Below are positions 10,651-21,522 of a stretch of DNA of 64,000 nt, piece by piece; positions within the stretch are counted from its first letter, which is position 1; each line of letters begins with the position of its first letter. The stretch is taken from NCBI GenBank assembly GCA_030390025.1, contig CM059431.1, positions 103,232,001 to 103,296,000 on the forward strand, given 5' to 3'. A model generated the notes under the pieces. The model was not told the DNA's origin. It made no database searches and saw only the letters and a list, made by a program, of their open reading frames with translations. The stretch is from Squalus acanthias. Its lineage: Eukaryota. Made by a program: the position numbers and the translations under genes.

Positions 10651-13562
10651 AGAACGTAAGAATATAAGAAATAGGAGCGGGAGTCGGCTATTTGGCCCTT
10701 CGAGCCTGCTCCGCCATTCAATAAGATCATGGCTGATCTTCTGACTCATCTCCACTTTCCTGAACTATCCCCATATCCCTTGATTCCCTTAATATCCAAA
10801 AATCTATTGATCTCTGTCTTGAATATACTCAGCGACTGAGCCTCCACAGCCCTCTGGGGTAGAGAGTTCCAAAGATTCACCACCCTCTGAGTGAAGAAAT
10901 TTCTCCTCATCTCAGTCCTAAATGGCCGACCTCTTATTCTGAGACTGTGACCCCTGGTTCTAGACTCCCCAGCCAGGGGAAACATCCTCCCTGCATCTAC
11001 CCTGTCAAGCCCTGTAAGAATTTTGTATGTTTCAATGAGATCACCTCTCATTCTTCTAAACTCTAGAGAATATAGGCCTAGTCTACTCAATCCCTCCTCA
11101 TAGGACAATCCCCCCATCCCAGGAATCAGTCTGGTGAACCTTCGTTGCACTCCCTCTATGGCAAGTATATCCTTCCTTAGGTAAGGAGACCAAAACTATA
11201 CACAATACTCCATGTGTGGTCTCACCAGGGCCCTATATAATTGCAGTAAGATGTCTTTACTCTTATACTCAAATCCTTTTGTAATAAAGGCCAACATACC
11301 ATTTGCTTTCCTAATTGCTTGCTGCACCCAGGTCCCTCTGAACACCAACATTTCCCAATCTCTCACCATTGAAAAAATACTCTGCTTTTCTATTTTTCCT
11401 ACCAAAGTGGATAACTTCACATTTCTCCACATTATATTCCATTTGCTTTGTTTTTGCCCACTCACTTAGCTTGTCTATATCCCCTTGAAGCCTCTTTGCA
11501 TCCTCCTCACAACTTCAATTCCCACCCAGCTTTGTATCATCAGCAAACTTAGATATATTACATTTGGTCCCCTCATCCAAATAATTGATATAGATTGTGA
11601 ATAGCTGAGGCCCAAGCACTGATCCTTGTGGTACCCCACTAGTTACAGTCTGCCAACCCGAAAATGATCCGTTTATTCCTACTCTCTGTTTTCTGTCCGT
11701 TAACCAATCCTCAATCCATGCTAATATATTACCCCCAATCCCGTGAGCCCTAATTTTTTTAATAACCTCTTGTGTGGCACCTTATCGAATGCCTTCTGAA
11801 AATCCAAATACACCACATCCACTGGTTCCCCCTTATCTATTCTGCTAGTTACAACCTCAAAAAACTCGAACAGATTCGTCAAACACGATTTCTCTTTCAT
11901 AAATCCGTGTTGACTCTGCCCAATCCTATTATTATTTTCTAAGTGCCCTGTTACCACGTCCTTAATAATAGATTCTAGCATCTTCCCTACTACTGATGTC
12001 AGGCTAACTGGTCTGTAGTTCCCCGTTTTCTCTCACCCTCCTTTCTTAAATAGTGGGGTTACATTTGCTACCTTCCAATCCGCGGGAAGCGTTCTAGAAT
12101 CTATGGAAAATGACAACCAATGCATCCACTATCTCTATAGCCATCTCTTTCAAAACCCTAGGATGTAGGCCATCAGGCCTAGGGGATGTATTGGCTTTCA
12201 GTCCTATTCATTTCTCCAGTACTATTTTTTTTACTAATACTTTCAGTCCTCATTCTTGCTAGATCCTTGGTTCTCTACTATTTCCAGGAAGTTTTTTGCG
12301 TCTTCTTCCATGAAGACAGACACAAAGGGCTGGATTTTGAATCTGGGGTCGGGTTGGGGTCAGGAATCACACATTCTGGCTTGTGAACCCACCTCCATCG
12401 AGATGTGGCCAACCCACTGTATTTTCCCTTGATTGACCTTGTTGAGCCCGCCCAGTGGGCTCAGCAGGCCAATTAAGGGCCACCCGGCAACTGGTGATGT
12501 CACAGACTGACATTTCATCTGTCAAGAGCTTTTGACAGATGAAATATCAGCGTTTGACAGCTCTGTGAAGCTGTCAAACACTCACAATATGATTTCTAAC
12601 TTCAGTCCTTCCTCTCAGGCTGAGTTAGAAATCATTCCAGCACAGAAAACAGAAGGCTGCAGGTTTTGACAGAACCACGGCTTTCCTGCTTTCTGTGCCG
12701 GTGAGATTTCTAACTCCCGAGAACTGAAGGGCTGACACCTGCAGGAGGAAGTTAAGGTAAGTAAAACTTTTTCCAACACTTAGCACTTACCTTACACACT
12801 TACCTCTGCACACATGCACCCATCACTCACCTGCCCACCGGACATATCGACCCCTCCAACCCCTGCAGACCCACGGTCCGCCCCGATAACTTGGAGTGGT
12901 TGCCACCTATTGGGAAGCCCACACTTTTCTTTTTAAAATAGGGATTATGCAAAAAACTGCCTGTTAACTACCTGTTAACAGGCAGTTAATTGTCACTAAT
13001 CCCTTCCCGCCTCGGGGAGTCGGGTCTCAGACCAGGTCGGGTACCCTCCGCCAGAGAAACTGGCATGGAGGCGGGTTGGAGTCGGGATGGGGTCGGGACC
13101 CCCGAATCTGCAACTTTAATCCCCCCCCCGCCTCCAAACCCAACTCCACGGGTCATTGAAAATCCAGCCCAAAGTATTTGTTTAATTTCTCTGCCATTTC
13201 CTTATTCCCCGTTATAATTTCTCCTGTCTCAGCCTGTAAGGGACCCACATTTACTTTTGCTAATCTTTTCCTTTTTACATACCTATAGAAGCTTTTGTGT
13301 CTCTCGCTAGTTTACTCTTATATTCTATTTTCCCTTTTTTTTAAATCAATTTCTTGGTCCTCCTTTACTGAATTCTAAAATCCTCCCAATCCTCAGGCTT
13401 ACTACTCTTTTTGGCAGCATTATAAAGCCTCTTCCTTTGATCTAATACTATCTTTAACTTCTCTTGTTAGCCACGGTTGGACCACCTTTCTTGTGGGGTT
13501 TTTGTGCCTTGAAGGAATGTATATTTGTTGTAAATTATGTATTCATTCTTTAAATGCTAGCC
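10651..13562 (-). mobile_element. CR1 LINE, ~2 kb decayed RT and C-terminus, interrupted by MITE 12327-13170
   Basis: ORFs 11721-11981 (QHGFMKEKSCLTNL...[13 protein letters not shown]), 11196-11465 and 10746-11150. Confidence 0.95.
12327..13170 (+). mobile_element. PIF/Harbinger-like MITE, family B copy 1
   Basis: Perfect TIR GGGCTGGATTTT/AAAATCCAGCCC. TSD AAA; removing it restores CR1 GACACAAAGTATTT. Internal hairpins. Confidence 0.88.
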
Positions 13563-14019
13563 AAGCTCAAATGCCCCGAGGTCATACTGAAGCTGCACAG
13601 AGTTTCAGTCTGACCACACTGGCCCTTGAGGAGAGCAACAATGTCAATTACTGGTGGTAGAGGAAAGAGCTATGAGAAACACATTGATAAAAGGATAGGT
13701 CTCACCTTATATAGAGCTACATAAAACGCTTAATGGGACGAAGTAAGCTCTAACCAATATATCCAGATATGCCACAGTAGCAGAACAATGGACACGTGCT
13801 GGTCTGTAAAGGGCAAATTTAGGACAGCTGTTAGGAAGTATTTCTTTATACGAAGGATTGGCAGCTAGAACAGATAGCTAAGAAACAACTAGATTTTCCA
13901 TCCCCACCCAATTTTGCAGTAAGTGCAGCCCCCAGGTGATCCAATACTCGCTCACATAGAAATGGGAAAATCTGTCCCTGTAGGCTCCTTTCCTGCAGCA
14001 CTCTTTAAAAATTACAATG

Positions 14020-14428
14020 GATTACATAGACCGTACAGCACAGAAACAGGCCATTCGGCCCAACTGGTCCGTGCCGGTGTTTATGCTCCAGACGAGCCTC
14101 CTCCCACCCCTCTTCATCCCACCCTATCAACATACCCTTCTGTTCCTTTCTCCCTCATGTGTTTATCCAGCTTCCCCTTAAATGTATCAATGCTTTTTGC
14201 CTCAACCACTCCCTGTGGTAGCGAGTTCCACATTCTCACCACTCTCTGGGTAAAGAAGTTTCTCCTGAATTCCCTCTTGGATTTATTAGTGACTATCTTA
14301 TATTGATGGCCCCTAGTTTTGGTCTCTCCCGCGAGTGAAAACATCTTCTCTCTGTATCTACCCTATCAAACCCTTTCAAATTTTTAAAGACCTCTATTAG
14401 GTCACCCCTCAGCCTTCTCTTTTCTAGA
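14020..14428 (-). mobile_element. CR1 LINE 3' end
   Basis: ORF 14114-14344 reads TRGHQYKIVT...NFFTQRVVRMWNSLP. Confidence 0.9.
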
Positions 14429-14489
14429 TTAATGCCAAATTAACAGATTAATAAGAAGGCGGGAGGATTGTTATTCTAGCAGGCTGAGA

Positions 14490-14818
14490 TAAGAACATAA
14501 GAACATAAGAAATAGGAGCAGGAGTAGGCCAATTGGCCCCTCGAGCCTGCTCCGCCATTCAATAAGATCATGGCTGATCTGATCCTAACCGCCAATCTAC
14601 TATCACAGAACCATCTCCTGAACCTAACAGAATTGGACACACGAAATAGGAGCAGGATCAGGCTACACGGCCCCTGGGCCTGCTACGCTACCCACAGGGC
14701 CATGACCGATCCGAACCTAGACTCATGTCCAAATTCCTGCCCGCTCCCCGTAACCTTTAATTCCCTTTACTTCTAGGAAACTGTCTATTTCTGTTTTAAA
14801 TTTATGTAATGATGTAGC
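14490..14818 (-). mobile_element. CR1 3' UTR with a duplicated terminal motif
   Basis: (CATAAGAA)n tail. AAATAGGAGCAGGA..GGC..GGCCCCT..GCCTGCT occurs twice (~14509 and ~14644). Confidence 0.65.
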
Positions 14819-15002
14819 TAAATCAAATGGGCTGAAGGGTTATTTCATCTGGATTTATCTTGTAACTTTCTCCTCCACTAAAATGTGAAGAACACATTTG
14901 AGTAAACGGGAACATCAAGGCTTGATTTTTTTAAATCTTTTAAAAAAAAACAGGGTTCATAAACTTTTCTTAGTTGGTTTATTGACAGCTGTGATGTCGT
15001 GA

Positions 15003-15465
15003 GTGTCAACTGTGGCTTCATGGGTAAAACTCTCGCTTCTGAGTCAAAAGGTCGTGGGTTCAAGTCCCCCTCCAGAGACTTGAGCACATAAATCTAGGCT
15101 GACACTCCCAGTGCAGTGCTGAGGGAGTGCTGCAGTGTCGGAGGTGCCATCTTTCGGATGAGACGTTAAGCCGATGCCAGGTCTGCCCTTTCAGGTGGAC
15201 GTAAAAGATCCCCTGGCCACTATTTCGAAGAAGAGCAGGGGAGTTATTCCCGGTGTCCTGGCCAATATTTATCCCTCAACGAACATGATTAAAATAACAG
15301 ATTACCTGGTCATTATCACATTGCTGTTTATGGGAGCTTGCTGTGTGCAAATTGGCTTTTGCCTTTCCTACATTACAACAGTGACAGCACTTCATTCGTT
15401 GTAAAGCGCTTTAGAACTTCCTGAGGTTCTGAAAGGTGCTAGATGAATGCAAGTCTTTCTTTCTT
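15003..15465 (+). mobile_element. SacSINE1-like Deu-domain SINE
   Basis: Head, Deu core and tail all present. Confidence 0.88.
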
Positions 15466-15887
15466 TTATGTGTACTCTGAGGGCTCGAGCTCAGCTGTAA
15501 CAAATTGCCAGCGATCTTAGTGCAAGAATAGATATGAAGTGGAGCAGTGTTGGAGAGGGGAGGGGATGGGGTTGTAGAGCTGTACAGAAATTTAAGATTA
15601 AAAGCACTGAACCTTCAGAGAGGTAGGAGCTTACCTGTCTATGGCACCGAGAAGGTGGCAAAATTTGATGGCAGCTCTTATGAGAGAATATTTTTCCCTG
15701 GATCTCACTTTCAATCAGAAAACTATATGTGGAAGAAACATTTCTGCTGATTCAATCTGTAGGACTTTCTCCTACTACGGACCTCGAGAATTACAAATAA
15801 GCATAACAATGACAGATAAGTTTGTTATAGATAAAATTATTTTTATTCACACTACAGTTTATTAATTCATGCGTACGTAGAAGTACC

Positions 15888-15980
15888 CCAGCAATTTATA
15901 TGCCCTACAGTTTCCTCCAGCAATTTATATGCCCTACAGTTTTGTACATAAAAGTACTCCCAGCAATGTATATGCCCTAT
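15888..15980. repeat. Short tandem repeat of CCAGCAATTTATATGCCCTACAGTTT (two adjacent copies plus a spaced third)
   Basis: Seen directly. Confidence 0.85.
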
Positions 15981-16358
15981 GTCTGACTTTCACACATACA
16001 CTCCTCCTCAGGTGATCAATCCGAATTGGTGGTAGGCTTCACGAGTCGACTGGCAATTCAAAGCAGCTTCCTTTATCCTGTGTTTTTGACTAATTCTCTA
16101 CTCTTTTATAGTGTTCTCTGAATGGGCCCCCTCGTATTTCTTCAGCTGCCTACCTCTGATAGGTCAGTTTCACTCCCAACTTTCCCTGAGTGGTGTTCCT
16201 TCTGCATGATACGCTCATGTCCCTGTGATGTGTGTGGGGGGCACGACTTCCTCTTCACCCTGTGTTCCCCCTTGCTGTCCATGTGGTCATACAAACAAAA
16301 TACCACATACTGACCTCCTCCATTTTGAATCCATACAAACAAAGGATCACACACTGAC

Positions 16359-16584
16359 TGACATGAATCTTGTCATTCATGGGAAATGACTTATGACATA
16401 ATACTGGGCGGCCTGCTGGTGGCGCTGTCCAGGGAGAGTATAAATACTCAGGCATGGGCCCAGCTTGCTCAGGACATTCTTTAACAGGAACTAGAGAAGG
16501 ACAACTAGATCTCCATGTTGTAAAACAGTTGATTAAAGCTTTGTTTAATACTCAGACCAAGTGCCTAGTAGTTTTCTTAAGTTA
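16359..16584 (+). mobile_element. Short solo LTR (226 bp), copy 2
   Basis: Homologue of 5722-5932. TSD CTGAC (16354-16358, 16585-16589). TATAAAT and ATTAAA present. Terminal CA mutated to TA. Confidence 0.85.
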
Positions 16585-16744
16585 CTGACCTTCTCCATTT
16601 TAAATCCGTCTGTTATCATCTCACAATTCGTTCTCAATTTCGATCTCCACACAGTAGCAGCGGTTTTTATTACGTATATAGCAGCTTACAAATCAGAAAA
16701 TTGGATTGTGGCTTAAAAGCTCTAAAATTTAGAAAAGTTATAGA

Positions 16745-16940
16745 CCGAAAGATTGGCCATTCACAGAATGCGCCACAAACTTCCTATTCGGAAGCTCTGC
16801 CTTGCCTGGCTGCTACTGTATTACATGGAAGGGAACGAGGCAGCCTTCACTGTAATGTGGGAGCTGTAGTCAATCAGGGTGACATGCATCATTGACACTG
16901 ATGCATTGTAGGACCTGTTACCGGCCAATGTGACGCGCAC
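16745..16940 (+). promoter_or_regulatory. Putative Pol II promoter (ZNF143/THAP11 motif, CCAAT boxes, ETS, CRE half-site)
   Basis: TGGGAGCTGTAGT at 16858-16870 (reverse of ACTACAnnTCCCA). ATTGG at 16752, CGGAAG at 16789, GGCCAATGTGACG at 16923-16935. Non-repeat sequence followed by a splice donor. Confidence 0.6.
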
Positions 16941-16977
16941 AGAGTGGCACTGGGGCATTCTGAGAGACTGCCTCTTG

Positions 16978-17114
16978 ATGCAGAAGCTTGACTCAGTCAG
17001 CTGGGGAGTTCTTCAAAACTCAAGCCCGAGACTTCAGGGGGTAGAAGATCTAGGGCTGGCGCAGGGGAAACCATTTCTAACACAGAACGGCTACTTTTTG
17101 TCAGCAGGTCTTGT
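16978..17114 (+). other. Candidate first exon (possibly coding from ATG 16978) of an unidentified gene
   Basis: Open frame MQKLDSVSWGVLQNSSPRLQGVEDLGLAQGKPFLTQNGYFLSAGL runs to a GTAAGT donor at 17115 (phase 2). No homology recognised. Confidence 0.4.
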
Positions 17115-17396
17115 GTAAGTTTTTCCTTTTCCGAACTGTAATTTTTCTTTTGAATTTGCTATCTCATAAATATTACTACCGCTATAGTTTCAGTTGGGTT
17201 ATAAGTATAACTAACAACTGTTGTCAATAAAAAAAATATACCAACATTATTCGTTGAAATTGCAGTTATTTTTTCAGAAACGTGCTTTATTTTGGGATAT
17301 TTGCTGATTTATATTTCCGTGAATGTGTGTGCCCCATTTGTCTCTTTGAGCTGATGAGGAAAGCGTGACATTTGAGTTTTTTTCTGCCTCTCACAG

Positions 17397-17460
17397 ACTT
17401 AATGTGTGATAAACAAGACTTGTAATTATGTAAAGTTACAATCGAATGACAAACTAGCAG
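17397..17460 (+). other. Candidate 64-nt non-coding exon
   Basis: Acceptor TTTTTTTCTGCCTCTCACAG and donor CAG|GTAGGA. Stops in all three frames. Confidence 0.35.
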
Positions 17461-17590
17461 GTAGGAAATATATTTAACAGAGGAATTTCATTAGCGAGAG
17501 TGAGAAAAAATATCAGCTGGTCGGGCCTAGGCTATTACAATGACACTTTCAAACTCTCAAGCCGTTGATTAGTAATTTAACTGGTAACTT

Positions 17591-18102
17591 CATCCAAAAC
17601 TCTGCTGCCCGTCTCCAACCACGCAGCAAATCTTGTTCACCCATCACCCCTGTACTCGCTGACTCACATTGGATCCCAGTCCGGCAATGCCATGATTTTA
17701 AAATTCTCATCTTTGTTTTCAAATCCCTCCATGGCCTTGGCCCCTTCCTTATCTCTGAAACCTTCTCACCCTACAATCCCCCCCGAGATCTCTGCACTCC
17801 TCCAATTCTGGCCTCTTGCGCATCCCCCGATTTTAATCGCTCCACAATTGGCGGCCGTGCCTCCAGCTGCCTGGGACCCTAAGCTCTGGAATTCCCTCCA
17901 TGCACCTCTCTGCCTCGCTACCTCTCTCTCCTCCTTTAAGACGCTCCTTAAAGCCGACCTCTTCGACCAAGCTTTTGGTCACTTGCCCTAATATCTCCTT
18001 TTGTGGCTCGGTGTCAAATTCTGTCTGATAACGCTCCTGTGAAGTGCCTTGGGACGTTTTATTACATTAAAGGCGCTATATAAATACAAGTTGTTGTTAT
18101 TG
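17591..18102 (+). mobile_element. L2 LINE 3' end
   Basis: IQNSAAR...SPITPVLADSHWIPVRQ..FKILIFVFKSLHGL matches the L2 ORF2 C-terminus. (TTG)n tail. Confidence 0.88.
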
Positions 18103-18687
18103 TATAACTGTAGAAAAATATGAATCCATGTGTGAAAGGTGCAGGACCTCTGAGAAATGGCTGAACAATTATCATCCCAAATGTCTGCTCGATCAGGGTC
18201 CCTGGTTTGCCATGTGCCTTTATGCCAGTTCTCTGCTGTGGTAAGGAGTTGGGTAGCAGTGACGTCAACTGTGGGTTAGGGTACCACAGAAGCTAGTCAA
18301 CCCCTGGCACCTCACCAAAATGACCATTATTCGTATGGCTGCATAGAGTGACACCACAAGTCCTGGCCAGAATGGAGATGATTGGATAATTCTCATGCCA
18401 GGAGACCGCACTGCTGTAAGTGACTGGGATTGATTTTGTGCCCCTCAATTGTATCGTGTAACTATCCTCCGCTCACATCTTTTTCCAGCTTTTATCGGCC
18501 GGGAGACTTTGCTGTAGTTTTGGTCATGATTTCTGTTTGTTGTAATTCGTAGAGACTCTGTTTAAATAGACCCTGTTTGTTGTTTGCTGAGTAAATAGAT
18601 TCTGTTTCCTTTAAAATAAACTCTATCTGCTGTAAAATAGACTATTTGCCCTAAGTCCTGCCACACGTCCTGCCTCGTGTCCAAATC

Positions 18688-19250
18688 ATGGAGTACTGTG
18701 CACAGTTTTGGTCTCCTTATCTAAGGAAAGATATACTTGCCTTGGAGGCGGTGCAACGAGGGTTCACGAGATTGATTTCTGGGATGAGAGGGCTGTCCTA
18801 TGATGACAGATTGAGTAGGTTGGGCCTATACTCTCTGGAGTTTAGAAGAATGAGAGGTGATCTCATTGAAACATACAAGATTCTGAAGGGGATTGACAGG
18901 GTAGATGCTGAGAGGTTGTTTCCCCTGGCTGGAGTTTCTAAAACTAGGGATCACAGTCTCAGGATAAGGGGTCGGCCATTTAAGACCGAGATGAGGAGGG
19001 ATTTCTTCACTCAGAGGGTTGTGAATCTTTGGAATTCTCTGCCCCAGAGGGCTGTGAATGCTGAGTCTTTGAATATATTCAAGGCTGAGATCGATAGATT
19101 TTTGGACTTTAGGGGAATTAAGGGATATGGAGATCGGGCGGGAAAGTAGTGTTGAGGTCGACGATCAGCCATGATCTTATTGAATGGCGGAGCAGGCTCA
19201 AGGGGCTGAATGGCCGACTCCTGCTCCTATTTCTTATGTTCTTATGTTCT
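18688..19250 (+). mobile_element. CR1 LINE 3' end
   Basis: ORF 18688-19149 reads EYCAQFWSPYLRKDILALEAVQRGFTRLI... Confidence 0.93.
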
Positions 19251-19489
19251 TAACTCTTTGGCTGACATAGTGGTGTCAATACTCACTGCGCATTCATATA
19301 TGAGCCTTGACAGTGAGTGTCACTCGGCCCGATCCTATCCCGAGGAGACATCTAGCACATGCACTTCAAACAAGAATCACCAGATTAACATCAGCCCTAG
19401 CAACATTTCTCTTCCCAACCCAGAGCGACTGCGGCCAACTGTAAAACGCCTACAACCACTTCATCAGAGATCACCTAACTCAAGGTCGT

Positions 19490-19712
19490 AAATCTGTGGA
19501 ATTCTCTGCCCCAGAGAGCTGTCGAGGCTGGGTCATTAAATACATTTAAAGTGGAGATAGACAGATTTTTGCAAGATAAGGGAGTGAAGGGTTATGGGGA
19601 GTGGGCAGGGAAGTGGCTTTGAGCCCAAGATCAGCCATGATCTTATTGAATGGCGGAGCAGGCTCGAGGGGCCAAGTGGTCTATTCCTGCTCCTATTTCT
19701 TATGTTCTTATG
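19490..19712 (+). mobile_element. CR1 3' end, same subfamily as 42008-43640
   Basis: Shares the diagnostic TTGCAAGATAAGGGAGTGAAGGG...GGCTTTGAGCCCAAGATC. Confidence 0.88.
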
Positions 19713-20737
19713 TAAGGTAGACCAGGGCCGTCTGCAAACCTTCCCAATCAAGATGTTCATTGGATAATGTCACTAAACCATCAGAAGAGCCAAGGACCAA
19801 TTTTTTTTGTGTTTGGCAAGCGAGTACAAGTGAATTGAGCAATCTGGTTTGTCACGGATTAATAGCAGGAATAAAGCAGAGACTGGCGCTTGTTTCCTTG
19901 TGCCACGATTTTAGTTGAAGGCGCCAGGTTTGCATAAGTGAATTTTGGCCGTGCTGAGCGCGGGTCCCCAGTTGCAAGTAATGCACAGGTGGCGTTACGG
20001 GGCTCTGCTGTTTCATGCTGGTGATGCTGTAGTGGGACATTACCGCGGAAATACTGAGACACGGAGTTAGGATATTACTGCCCTAATGAAAATGTTCTGA
20101 ATTAGTTCATAATTTTCAGAAGGCAAAAAACCTGCGACATTACAGTGTTATTGTTGTAATGGTAATTGTGTGATTTTTTTTCCCTCCCTGATCTTGACAA
20201 ATGAGGGAGATAGGGCATGACTTTTAACAGAGGTGCTAAAAGATCTGATGAGTAACACTGAATTGATAAAACAGGAAAAGGCCATAATAATGTCACGGTG
20301 ATAAGGGAGGGCGTGATTGTTGTAATGTTGCGGCAATAAAGGACAGAACTATTTTACTTAGAGGATAATTGTTAATAAATTGAAAGGTCACTTGCTATTA
20401 TAATTAGCTTTTGTTTGTATTCAGCAGAATGAAGCTGCTCTTTTATCAAATTGCTTGCCAGGTGCTCAGGAGTTAGGCATCAAAGCTGATCTCTTCTCTT
20501 TCCTTCTTTGAAGCTCTGTCCAGCAGTTTTCACTGCGCCAATCTCTGTGGTAGGCAAATATTTTATTTATTTTGTTCTTTTCTTAAAAAACAGAGGCCTA
20601 GATTTTTTTTCCCCCAATGTGATTTACACTGTTATTGCCATTTCTAAGAAAAACGTTGCACCCACTTGTGCCCAACACAAAGAGTTAAACAGAAGCTCCT
20701 TTGCATACCTCATTGGCGCGGACATTTGTTCAAAGTT

Positions 20738-21287
20738 TTTATTCATTCTCCGGGATGTGGGCGTCGCTGGCAAGACCCAGCATTTATTGCCCATCCCTAG
20801 TTGCCCTCGAGAAGGTGGTGGTGAGCCGCCTTCTTGAACCGCTGCAGTCCGTGTGGTGAAGGTGCTCCCACAGTGCTGTTAGGGAGGGAGTTCCAGGATT
20901 TTGATCCAGCGACGATGAAGGAACGGCCGCTATATGTCCAAGTCGGGATGGTGTGTAATTTGGAGGGGAACTTGGAGGTGGTGGTGTTCCCATGCGCCTG
21001 CTGCCCTTGTCCTTCTAGGTGGAAGAGGTTGCGGGTTTGGGAGGTGCTGCCGAAGAAGCCTTGGCGAGTTGCTGCAGTGCATCTTGTAGATGGTACACAC
21101 TGCAGCGACGGTGCACCGGTGGTGGAGGGGGGGAATGTTTGAGGTGGTGGATGCGGTGTCGATCAAGCAGGCTGCTTTGTCCTGCAAGGTGTTGAGTTTC
21201 TTAAGTTTTGTTGCAGCTGCACCCATCCAGGCAAGTGGAAAGTATTCCATCACGCTCCTGACTTGTGCCTTGTCGGTGGTGGAGAGG
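20738..21287 (-). mobile_element. CR1-group LINE (MEYSPLAW family), 3' end
   Basis: ORF 20930-21253 reads MEYFPLAWMGAAATKLKKLNTLQDKAACLI...LHHRCTVAAVCTIYKMH. Confidence 0.85.
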
Positions 21288-21522
21288 CACTATTCACACG
21301 TTGGTGTAAAACCCGCGTAAGCTGCTGAACTTCCAGGAAACTTCCGTGCAGCCCTTTAACAGCACAGTTCAGCTTGCATTCTGGAAGATAATCAAGTAAG
21401 ATAGCAATAGTGCTTGGCTCTTTCATTTCTCTCTCTAATTACTCCAAGATTATACTTGTACAGAATTATGACCACTCACGTGCCATCTGAGGCCGGAGGG
21501 CAAGGGTCAGGACTCCAGGGGA

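Noticed and set aside
15635..15725. Minus-strand exon ending CAG|GTAAGC (possible divergent transcript)
   Set aside because: Sits next to decayed repeat-like sequence, the peptide is unrecognised, and nothing else supports it.
17350..17366. CTGATGAGGAAAG as a hammerhead core
   Set aside because: No stem II between CUGAUGA and GAAA and no Penelope context.
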